From positions 41,850 to 105,849 of IMG/VR virus record IMGVR_UViG_3300042402_003577: a stretch of 64,000 nucleotides of DNA, one strand, 5' to 3'. The stretch is from a virus. Both the position numbers and the translations under genes were made by a program. This document shows positions 38,158-46,362 of this stretch, one piece after another (position 1 is the first letter of the stretch; each line of letters starts with the position of its first letter). Below the pieces are notes generated by a model. It worked only from the letters and a program-made list of their open reading frames with translations. It was not told the DNA's origin and searched no databases.

Positions 38158-38388
38158 ATGACAACTAAAATATTAACAGACGGAAACACAAATGTAATTC
38201 AATTAGGTAACTATGTATTCATCCAGCATAAAAAAAGAGTGGTGCATTGTGAACCCAAAGCATCTTTCAACTTTAATGGATTTGTAGAGGTTAATGGCCT
38301 TGACACCGAGCATTTTTCAAATAAATGCCAAGCATACCTATTAAAATTCCAAGAGGAAGATATTTATAACGCTATTTTCAACAAATAA
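38158..38388 (+). CDS. Hypothetical protein
   Basis: 76 aa. Confidence 0.55.
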   Translation: MTTKILTDGNTNVIQLGNYVFIQHKKRVVHCEPKASFNFNGFVEVNGLDTEHFSNKCQAYLLKFQEEDIYNAIFNK

Positions 38389-38396
38389 TAAACTCT

Positions 38397-38591
38397 ATGC
38401 TTAAATTTATATTAAAAAAGTTTGGATTCAGACTAATAGAAGAAAAAACATATAAGGCAGTTAAACGATCTCTTACATATTGCTATGCAAGTATAAACTT
38501 TGAATATAAAGGCCTAAGTACCTTTGAAAAAAAGATTCTGAGCAGGTCTGACTTTAAAGAATTGACAAAAATTGCAAAAGACGTAGAATAA
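38397..38591 (+). CDS. Hypothetical basic protein
   Basis: 64 aa. Confidence 0.5.
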   Translation: MLKFILKKFGFRLIEEKTYKAVKRSLTYCYASINFEYKGLSTFEKKILSRSDFKELTKIAKDVE

Positions 38592-38592
38592 A

Positions 38593-38660
38593 TTTCAACA
38601 AAAATTAAAGTAATTGCAACAAAATTGATACCTGATACCTTTAAACTAGTACTATCTTTG
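38593..38660 (+). promoter_or_regulatory. Promoter with two (T/G)CAACAAAA boxes and TATCTTTG
   Basis: Box cores at 38595 and 38616, -7 element at 38653. Confidence 0.7.
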
Positions 38661-38685
38661 CACTATAATTATTAAACTAAAAAAA

Positions 38686-39012
38686 ATGAATAAAGTAACA
38701 ATAAACATTCCATTAGATACTACAAAATTAGATGCCACTTCTGTTTCTGAAAAACTAATAGCTAATTCTAACTTTGATGTAAAAAGATTCACAATTAAAA
38801 ATAATGTATATAGAAAAACTTTCTCTTCTATGTTTGTTGCAGAACTTTTAGTAATAGATCCTAAATTTGATACCATACTAGAAGATGTGCAGGCCGATTA
38901 TATTCTGGTGGCAGAAAGTGAAGATGGATCTTATACTTTGTCTTTAAATAAAGAAAAAGGTATCAAGGCATCAGATTGTGATATAAATAAATTTTATTAT
39001 TTATTAGATTAA
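38686..39012 (+). CDS. Hypothetical protein
   Basis: 108 aa. Confidence 0.55.
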   Translation: MNKVTINIPLDTTKLDATSVSEKLIANSNFDVKRFTIKNNVYRKTFSSMFVAELLVIDPKFDTILEDVQADYILVAESEDGSYTLSLNKEKGIKASDCDINKFYYLLD

Positions 39013-39049
39013 AAATTATTTAATATACCCCTAAAAAAATACAAGAATT

Positions 39050-39256
39050 ATGTTATTAACAGAAGAAAAAATAGATCGCTCTAAAATTACTGATATTTCT
39101 ATCAATGGAATAGATTATTCAGATTATCCCGATTTTTGTGATGCTTATATTGAAGAGGCTACCTATAATGGTATTCCGCTAAATGAGGATCAATTAGATG
39201 AATTGAACGAAGATAGGGATTTTGTGTATGATAAAGTAATGAATTTTTTATTTTAA
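39050..39256 (+). CDS. Conserved acidic phage protein
   Basis: GID..DYPDFCDAYI..A. Confidence 0.65.
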   Translation: MLLTEEKIDRSKITDISINGIDYSDYPDFCDAYIEEATYNGIPLNEDQLDELNEDRDFVYDKVMNFLF

Positions 39257-39281
39257 TAATCTTATAAATTAAATAAAAGTT

Positions 39282-39677
39282 ATGAAAAAAATAACAACAT
39301 TAATATTGATGATGATAGCCATATCATCATATTCACAAATGGTTAAGACAAAACATGGCTGGGATTATTACTCCAAAACATATTTATTTCAAGAATATGG
39401 GGAAAAGGCTTTATATTTTAATAGGCCTTCAAAATTATCATTCAACGAAAATGACAATGGGTTAATGATAATATACACAAATGGACAAACAGAGACCTTC
39501 CATTTGACACAGGTTCACCCAATATTTACATCAGAAACGGATGGAGGCCATAAATACGATGTGCATGAAATGTTAAACTATGCAACATATACTGGGCTGT
39601 ATCTTCAAATTATATTTTCAGAAAAAGTGGTAATAAGATTCTTTTTCCAAAATGGATTTAGAGAATATTCATATTAA
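39282..39677 (+). CDS. Exported protein
   Basis: Signal peptide ending SYS-Q. Confidence 0.6.
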   Translation: MKKITTLILMMIAISSYSQMVKTKHGWDYYSKTYLFQEYGEKALYFNRPSKLSFNENDNGLMIIYTNGQTETFHLTQVHPIFTSETDGGHKYDVHEMLNYATYTGLYLQIIFSEKVVIRFFFQNGFREYSY

Positions 39678-39699
39678 CTTAATAAAAAAATTAATTGAA

Positions 39700-39882
39700 A
39701 TGACCCCAAGAGAAAAAGCAGAAGAGTTATATAGTAGTTTTTGGATAAATAGGCATCTAGAAGAATCTAATGAAATAGCTAAAAAATTTTCATTAATAGC
39801 CGTTGAAGAAATATTAAATAGTTGCAAAACCTACTTATCCCCTTATTATTTAGAAGTTAAAAAAGAAATAAATAAAATATGA
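39700..39882 (+). CDS. MTPxEKAxEL family protein
   Basis: Paralog of 27982..28191. Confidence 0.6.
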   Translation: MTPREKAEELYSSFWINRHLEESNEIAKKFSLIAVEEILNSCKTYLSPYYLEVKKEINKI

Positions 39883-40217
39883 CACCTAAACAAGAATATG
39901 AAGAAATTGCTGAAATAGATTTAACAAAACTTTGCTATTACGATAAAAGAAATCCTGATTTTCAAATAAAAGAAGAATATGGTTATGACAAAGAAGAGGT
40001 TGAATCTACAGGAAATTTTTCTAAAAAAGATTGTGCTTGTGATAATTGTTTTTATGGTAGGAGCAAGTTAACAGAACAACTTATTTGGCAACAAGACAAG
40101 AATAAGTATAGTGAGGAAGATATGCAAGAGTATGCAGAGTTTTGTATTAGATGTTATCAAAAAGAATTGCCTTGTATAATAGCTAAAGATTGGTTTGAAC
40201 AATTTAAAAAGAAATAA
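39879..40217 (+). CDS. Hypothetical protein with a Cys cluster
   Basis: LCYYD.RNP...CACDNCFYGR. Confidence 0.6.
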   Translation: MTPKQEYEEIAEIDLTKLCYYDKRNPDFQIKEEYGYDKEEVESTGNFSKKDCACDNCFYGRSKLTEQLIWQQDKNKYSEEDMQEYAEFCIRCYQKELPCIIAKDWFEQFKKK

Positions 40218-40218
40218 T

Positions 40219-40470
40219 ATGAAAAGCACAAAAGAAAAAAATTTTTTATATCTTTCTGAAATTTTAAGTTCTAGACTTTATAATAGATTAAGCACTTGTT
40301 TATTATGTAAAATAAAAGATATAGAACATAAGTATCATGAATGGACATTAGAAGATTTATTATTAATTGATGAAACCGAATTAAAAGGATTAAGAAATGT
40401 GGGAATAGTATCCTTTAATGAATTTATTTATTGGAAACACGAAGCAAAACAACTAAAAAATAATATATGA
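40219..40470 (+). CDS. RNA polymerase alpha-CTD-like protein
   Basis: LSSRLYNRL...TLEDLL..DETELKGLRNVGIVSFNE versus the alpha-CTD pattern LS.R..N.L...T..DL......L....N.G.KS..E. Confidence 0.65.
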   Translation: MKSTKEKNFLYLSEILSSRLYNRLSTCLLCKIKDIEHKYHEWTLEDLLLIDETELKGLRNVGIVSFNEFIYWKHEAKQLKNNI

Positions 40471-40670
40471 AAAATAAACAAATGACTGCAATAGAATGGT
40501 TAGAAGAAAAATTAAGTATAAAAGTATTATTGTCGGCCACATTGATAGTTTTACTTATGTATTTACCCCCAATATTTTTTGAATATACCAAAGCAAAGAA
40601 TAAGACGGAAGTAATTGATACTCATAACGAGGGAGATCAGATAAAAAAAGTATACTCTCTAAAAAAATAA
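40467..40670 (+). CDS. Small membrane protein (TAIEWL N-terminus)
   Basis: One TM segment. Confidence 0.5.
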   Translation: MKNKQMTAIEWLEEKLSIKVLLSATLIVLLMYLPPIFFEYTKAKNKTEVIDTHNEGDQIKKVYSLKK

Positions 40671-40710
40671 CCAGTATAATTAAATATTAACAATTTAAAA
40701 AATTAAAAAG

Positions 40711-40917
40711 ATGAAAGAACCAAATTTAACAAATCCAATTGATCTAAAATTAGCGGAATTGGTGGCTAGAAAAAAAGCTAAAAGTATTAATAACGATAGT
40801 GTTGACTTAAATAAATTATGGCCTAGTACATTATCTTCCAATACTAGGGGGGGATTTACCGCTACAGGGGGTAATTATGCTTCTATAGTAAAAGTAGATA
40901 GAAACTATAACGGCTAA
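40711..40917 (+). CDS. Hypothetical protein
   Basis: 68 aa. Confidence 0.5.
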   Translation: MKEPNLTNPIDLKLAELVARKKAKSINNDSVDLNKLWPSTLSSNTRGGFTATGGNYASIVKVDRNYNG

Positions 40918-41003
40918 TTATAATCTTTAAAATAATTTTTATTGAAAATAAAATCAATTCGTTTAAAAAATAATTATTAATTTTGCACTTAAATTTAAAA
41001 GAT

Positions 41004-41183
41004 ATGTTACAAAGAATAATAAAAAAAGTATTTCCAAAAACTCACACCAGAATTTTTGATGAAGGGTATCTAAAGGCAGAGAAAGATGCAAAGACCCGCA
41101 AACTAACTAAGGATCAACAAAATTGGTACTATTGGGAACAAGAAAGACAAAGAGAAATAGCCATGAGAGATGGCGAAGAGTAA
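41004..41183 (+). CDS. Hypothetical protein
   Basis: ATG at 41004. TAATTTTG at 40978-40985. Confidence 0.55.
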   Translation: MLQRIIKKVFPKTHTRIFDEGYLKAEKDAKTRKLTKDQQNWYYWEQERQREIAMRDGEE

Positions 41184-41210
41184 AATATTTAAACTAAAAA
41201 ATTATAAATT

Positions 41211-41360
41211 ATGATACATATAGTATTTAAAATAAATAAACAAGATGTTTTCAGTAAAGGTAAAACATACGAAGGCAATGTTTGCGATGCTTACCGCCAA
41301 TGGGAAATAGAATTTCCAGATGCAACATTTATAGGCTTATACCCTCATAATAAAAACTAA
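41211..41360 (+). CDS. 49-aa hypothetical protein
   Basis: Read by hand. Confidence 0.45.
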   Translation: MIHIVFKINKQDVFSKGKTYEGNVCDAYRQWEIEFPDATFIGLYPHNKN

Positions 41361-41363
41361 TTT

Positions 41364-42002
41364 ATGAAATTATCTTTAAATAAAACCAGATTGTACTATT
41401 ATGATAGTGAATCACTTACTTTCAAAAAAGGTAAGTGGGTTAATGGGCTATATGTATCTTTTTTATTAAATATACTAATAATAGCTGGCTTACTTTCTAA
41501 CAATGTTTCGGTAAATATGAAATATGCCAATATGTTAAATATTTTGAAGCAAAAAGAAAAAACTATTAAGCACTTAGAAGTGAAAAGCCAAGATAGTGCT
41601 ACCGAATATGCTGATTTCAGGAGAAGTTTGCCTCTTAAATTAACATTAAGCGAAGAAAAAAGATTGAATCATTTGTACTTTACCTACAAAAGTTTGATAA
41701 ATAAACATCATTGTCCTCATAATTTATTATGGTATATTGCATTTAAAGAATCAAGATTAAACTTAAATGCTAAAAATTCTAGTTCTTCTGCTCAGGGCAT
41801 GTTTCAATTTATAAACGGAACTTGGAACGCTATGTGTAAGAGAGGTGGAATGGATGTTTTAAATAGATATTCTGAAGAAAAACAAGTAAAAATTATGTGC
41901 ATTTATCTTGACTATCTTTTTGATAAGTATAAAAACTGGCAACTAGTACATAAAGAATATACTGGGGGAGTTATCTTATATAAATTACCCTACTACAAAT
42001 AA
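41364..42002 (+). CDS. Membrane-anchored lytic transglycosylase (SLT family)
   Basis: TM segment, coiled coil, IAFKES (catalytic Glu) and SAQGMFQFINGTW. Confidence 0.85.
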   Translation: MKLSLNKTRLYYYDSESLTFKKGKWVNGLYVSFLLNILIIAGLLSNNVSVNMKYANMLNILKQKEKTIKHLEVKSQDSATEYADFRRSLPLKLTLSEEKRLNHLYFTYKSLINKHHCPHNLLWYIAFKESRLNLNAKNSSSSAQGMFQFINGTWNAMCKRGGMDVLNRYSEEKQVKIMCIYLDYLFDKYKNWQLVHKEYTGGVILYKLPYYK

Positions 42003-42022
42003 TAAATACAAACAAACCTATT

Positions 42023-43072
42023 ATGAGCACCCAATCAACACAAACCAAAGATAGTATGCAAGATGTAGAATTTGATTTAGAAAGACTTTCTGCTGAAATA
42101 GATCAAGAGTTTCAAAAAACTCATACTAAATACACAGATAGTGCTGGATCAATCTACAATTCATATTCCGAACTATTATTGGAGAATAAAAACTTAATGG
42201 CAGATTCCTTTTTAAAGGAATGCAAAGCAGTACTATCCAATGCAAAGAAGGACTTAATTGAAGAGATTAGTAAGGGGAGGTCTGTAATACAAATAACTCA
42301 AAACAACCGCACAATTGAGATCAATGTAGATCACATGGCTCATCCACTTTATGAGACTGCATTAAAAAGTCTTTTGCTATCTAAAAAACTTATGTTAGTA
42401 GGGCCTGCTGGTACAGGCAAAACTTATATGGTGCAGGAATTTGCCAAATCACTAAATTTACCTTTTTACAAATATTCTTGTTCAAGAGATAGTTCAGTTC
42501 ACGACTTAATAGGATATAAACAACCTGCGTCAGAAACATATTTACAAACTACCTTTTTAAATTGTTACGAGAATGGAGGAATATTCTTAGTGGATGAATA
42601 TGACGCTATGAGTGGGGATATGTCTCTATTCTTTAATGGAGTGGCAGATAATTCAAAGTCTATTTCTGTGCCTCATAGAGACAACAATCCTAATGCCTTG
42701 AAGCACCCTGATTTTTATATTGTAATGTGTGGTAATACTTGGGGTAATGGATCACAAGATTTCTCAGGAAGAGATTTTCAGGATATGGCTTTAATGGATA
42801 GATTTAGATTATCTAAATTATTTGTAAACTACCATCAACCCTTAGAAACTTTCTTGTGTGAATCAACCATGGTTTCTTATAAAGAGGTATTACTTTTAAG
42901 AGAATGTTTAGAACAGATAGGTTCCTATCTTTCAACTCGTAATATAGAAGATATTTGTATTATGGTAAAATCAGGGTTAAGCTATAATGCTTGTGTACTA
43001 ACTTTACTTTCAAGTATGGAAGAGTCTGATAGGCAAAATTTACTTTCTAAATTAAATATTGATGCTCAATAG
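42023..43072 (+). CDS. MoxR/CobS-like AAA+ ATPase
   Basis: GPAGTGKT, FLVDEYD, GNTWG.G and A.MDRF. Confidence 0.88.
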   Translation: MSTQSTQTKDSMQDVEFDLERLSAEIDQEFQKTHTKYTDSAGSIYNSYSELLLENKNLMADSFLKECKAVLSNAKKDLIEEISKGRSVIQITQNNRTIEINVDHMAHPLYETALKSLLLSKKLMLVGPAGTGKTYMVQEFAKSLNLPFYKYSCSRDSSVHDLIGYKQPASETYLQTTFLNCYENGGIFLVDEYDAMSGDMSLFFNGVADNSKSISVPHRDNNPNALKHPDFYIVMCGNTWGNGSQDFSGRDFQDMALMDRFRLSKLFVNYHQPLETFLCESTMVSYKEVLLLRECLEQIGSYLSTRNIEDICIMVKSGLSYNACVLTLLSSMEESDRQNLLSKLNIDAQ

Positions 43073-43937
43073 CCCATTGTTAAAGCTTGCAGAAAAATTT
43101 ATACACTGCAAGTACCCTTCAAATTATAGACCTAAAGTACATTTAGAGCAATTGCCTTCTGGTAAACATCTTATGCGTTTTGATAACTTATATGATCTAT
43201 ATTTTTATGACGATCCGAGAAATGTTGAAGACATTTGGAGTTCAGGATATGAAGGTAGTTATTATGTAGACCAAGACTATTTTACAGATAGAGGTATTAT
43301 AAGTGAAGGAAAAAAAGATATTTTAAGAGATGCAGAAAAACAATTAAATGCCGATAGAGACTTTTTAAGTTTGATCCACTTAGGAAAAACTGACAAAAGA
43401 AAAATGGAATTAAATAAGTTTTCAGGAAACCTATCCGTAGTAGATTATGCAAAACAATCAGATAAAATATTTAAAAAAAGAGTGGAGGGTAAAAAATCAA
43501 AGACTTTAAATATAGCTTTTCAGGTAGGAACATTTTCTGATGAGAACTATGAAAAATCATTTGTTAAGATTTTAAAACTTGTTTTGTCTTGCCAAGCATT
43601 AAAAATATCGTTAAATATAGATGTATTTGATTCTGATACAACAGCCTTTGGGGATGATAGAGAGTCTGGATATACTATAGTTAATGTCGCAAAAGCAAGC
43701 AATAAAATAAACTTAGTAAATTTATTTGCTTTTTCGCATGAAGACTTTTTTAGGTATACATTATTTAACTCATACTTGGCTTATGGCCAATCCTCTGAAA
43801 TTGGAACATTCCTTCAGGAAGAAACCATTATAAGCGACCTAAAAGACAGGTATGATATTATTGGGGGAAATATGGTAAATAAAGAATTGTCTGAGGATAG
43901 CACAATTAGTAGAGTATTAAAAATAGCTAATATATGA
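43059..43937 (+). CDS. Probable partner of the AAA ATPase (degenerate VWA/CobT-like)
   Basis: Coupled to the MoxR-like gene. No intact MIDAS motif seen. Confidence 0.45.
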   Translation: MMLNSPLLKLAEKFIHCKYPSNYRPKVHLEQLPSGKHLMRFDNLYDLYFYDDPRNVEDIWSSGYEGSYYVDQDYFTDRGIISEGKKDILRDAEKQLNADRDFLSLIHLGKTDKRKMELNKFSGNLSVVDYAKQSDKIFKKRVEGKKSKTLNIAFQVGTFSDENYEKSFVKILKLVLSCQALKISLNIDVFDSDTTAFGDDRESGYTIVNVAKASNKINLVNLFAFSHEDFFRYTLFNSYLAYGQSSEIGTFLQEETIISDLKDRYDIIGGNMVNKELSEDSTISRVLKIANI

Positions 43938-44170
43938 ATATTGCACACGAAGAAAAAATTATTATAGATAAAAGTTATTTTAAAAGAAAAGATAACCAAA
44001 AGAAAAACTCTGAATCAAGGATAGATCCTAGTACATTAGAAGAAATTTTAGATTCAATATACCAACAAGAGTACTTAGATAGCTTAGATCTAATGCCAGA
44101 ACCTAAAACACAAAAAGAATTAAATAGTAGTACTTCTACTTTCAAAGCAAAGAAAAAATATTTTAATTAA
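43934..44170 (+). CDS. Hypothetical protein
   Basis: 78 aa. Confidence 0.45.
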   Translation: MNIAHEEKIIIDKSYFKRKDNQKKNSESRIDPSTLEEILDSIYQQEYLDSLDLMPEPKTQKELNSSTSTFKAKKKYFN

Positions 44171-44185
44171 CAATAAAAAAAAATT

Positions 44186-44425
44186 ATGACAAAGAAAATA
44201 GATAATTGCCCAGAGGGCGGAGACGGCATAGTAATTATACCAAAGCCAGACTGCTTGCTTCCAAAAGACTATTCAAGATGTATTTCTGTAGATTGTCCTG
44301 CTAACGATTGCGCTAGGCTACAAAGCTATCTTTATGATGCACAGAGTGAGGATCCTATATTAATTTCTGATTTTGGACAGGACAAAAAAATAGAGTCAAA
44401 AGAAGATTGTGACTATTACCTATGA
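44186..44425 (+). CDS. Small Cys-rich protein
   Basis: D.SRC....CP...C.R....CDYY. Confidence 0.55.
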   Translation: MTKKIDNCPEGGDGIVIIPKPDCLLPKDYSRCISVDCPANDCARLQSYLYDAQSEDPILISDFGQDKKIESKEDCDYYL

Positions 44426-45483
44426 AAGCAGAAGTTCAGGAAAAAGCAGTGAACGCTTTTCTATCCTCTAAAGATAGGCGATCCACTATTGCTCTAGCGG
44501 TAGGAATGGGGAAAACAAAGTGTGCTATTGACATTATCACTCACTACAGAAGCATCAATCCTAATTGTAAAATTTTGTTTAGTGGTGCCAGACAAATTTA
44601 TATTAAAAACTTTAAAGATGAATTAAATAAATGGAATTGTTTAGAAAATAACATTACTTTTATTTGCAATAAGTCTTTAAAAAATTACAAAGAAAAATAT
44701 GATTTGATTATTGTAGATGAAATGCACAAGGAGCAAGATCTTATATTGGAAAATTGTTTGAGACTCATAAGAATAAACCCTGCGGTATCTATATTAGGAC
44801 TTACGGGTACTCCTAGTAATACTCACGAAATTCACAAGTACTTTCCTATTTGTTATTCCTACCTTATCAATAATGCTATTGATAATAATTTATTGAACAA
44901 TTTTCAAATGGTAGTGGTTAAGTATAAAATGACTCCTGAAGAAAAAAGTGTTTATGATTATCATCACAAAAATTATCTGGCCGCTACCTACCATGAATCC
45001 TATCCTCCTGAATTAGGCAAACTAAAGCAGTTCTTAAATACGTTGCCTAGCAAAGTAGCTCTAACTAATAGACTAATTAATGAGAAATTTTCGGATAAAA
45101 AGTTACTAATCTATGCTGGCAGTATTGAACAAGGTGCTAGTTTCGGGTTTTCTCAATTTAATTCTTCCATGGATAATAAAACTAAGAAGAAAAACTATGA
45201 TGAGTTCTATCACTCCAAATCAGGTAGACTAGTAAATGTAGGAATCCTAAAAGAATCCGTTAGTATACCAAATTTAAAGTATGGATTTGTGCTAGGAATA
45301 GATAGTTCTCCTTCATCAAAAGAACAACTTATCGGAAGATTTTGCAGGATAGCAGTACATGAGAAAAGTTTTATTTATTTCTTAGTAGCTGAAGGAACTT
45401 TAGAGGAAAAGTGGGTGTTGAATGGTATGGATAAATTTAAAGATAAGATTACAACGGTTAATGTAAATAAAAATAAAAATTAA
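44422..45483 (+). CDS. Superfamily 2 helicase
   Basis: GMGKT, VDEMH, GLTGTP and QLIGR. Confidence 0.9.
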   Translation: MKAEVQEKAVNAFLSSKDRRSTIALAVGMGKTKCAIDIITHYRSINPNCKILFSGARQIYIKNFKDELNKWNCLENNITFICNKSLKNYKEKYDLIIVDEMHKEQDLILENCLRLIRINPAVSILGLTGTPSNTHEIHKYFPICYSYLINNAIDNNLLNNFQMVVVKYKMTPEEKSVYDYHHKNYLAATYHESYPPELGKLKQFLNTLPSKVALTNRLINEKFSDKKLLIYAGSIEQGASFGFSQFNSSMDNKTKKKNYDEFYHSKSGRLVNVGILKESVSIPNLKYGFVLGIDSSPSSKEQLIGRFCRIAVHEKSFIYFLVAEGTLEEKWVLNGMDKFKDKITTVNVNKNKN

Positions 45484-45486
45484 AAT

Positions 45487-46362
45487 ATGTTTAACAAAGA
45501 AACAGATAGATTGAGTTATAGTTCTCTCACTAGGCTTATAAAAGAAGGGGTTCACGGTTTTTTAAACCCTGTATACAAAAGGAATAATGCTTTAGAGAAA
45601 GGATCTATTATAGACAAGATAGTTTTTGATGAGCCTATCACTGAAACTATTATAGATATTCCTATTCCAAAGCCTCAAATTAAGGCTATTATTGAAAATA
45701 TTTTTACAGAGGAGTATAACTATGATCTTTCTATGGAAAACTTAGAAAAGGTTTGTGGTATATTAGATGTAAAATCCAAGAATTTTGAAAAAATTAAAGA
45801 ATCCGTTCTGGAGTTTCCAGAATATATTGAATATGCAAAAAATCCAAAAGGTAAATTCCTAAAACCTAATTTTGAATTAGGAACCGCTATTGCCAATAAT
45901 GTGCTAAAAGATAGGGAGGCCACCTATCTGTTTAGTCATGGTAAGGCCCAGTTTGAATGGACTTTTAATTATAGAGGGTTTACTATGTATATTAAAACAG
46001 ATTATTTAAAAGTAGATCATAGTAGAAGAGAAATTATTATCACTGATTTAAAATCAAGTAGCTACCCTCCGAAATTTCCTGATAGTGTGCAAAAATATTT
46101 ATACCATTTACAAGGGGCTTTGTATACAAAAGGAGTGGAAGACTGGATGGAGAAAAATGATTTGAACCATTATGTACTAAAAACTTTTCATTGGGTTGTG
46201 TGCAATTCTACCAAAGTGGATAGTGTTCTGGTATACCCACTCTCTTATAAAGACGAGACGGAAGGAAATAGAATTTTAGAAGAAACTCTCGATAAGATTG
46301 ACAAGTACATTGAAAATGATTGGCAAGAAATTCCTGAAGAAGATACCTTAACTTTTTTCTAA
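45487..46362 (+). CDS. PD-(D/E)xK exonuclease (RecE/ExoVIII-like)
   Basis: LSYSSL, K.DYL, DLKS and Y.LQGALY. Confidence 0.8.
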   Translation: MFNKETDRLSYSSLTRLIKEGVHGFLNPVYKRNNALEKGSIIDKIVFDEPITETIIDIPIPKPQIKAIIENIFTEEYNYDLSMENLEKVCGILDVKSKNFEKIKESVLEFPEYIEYAKNPKGKFLKPNFELGTAIANNVLKDREATYLFSHGKAQFEWTFNYRGFTMYIKTDYLKVDHSRREIIITDLKSSSYPPKFPDSVQKYLYHLQGALYTKGVEDWMEKNDLNHYVLKTFHWVVCNSTKVDSVLVYPLSYKDETEGNRILEETLDKIDKYIENDWQEIPEEDTLTFF

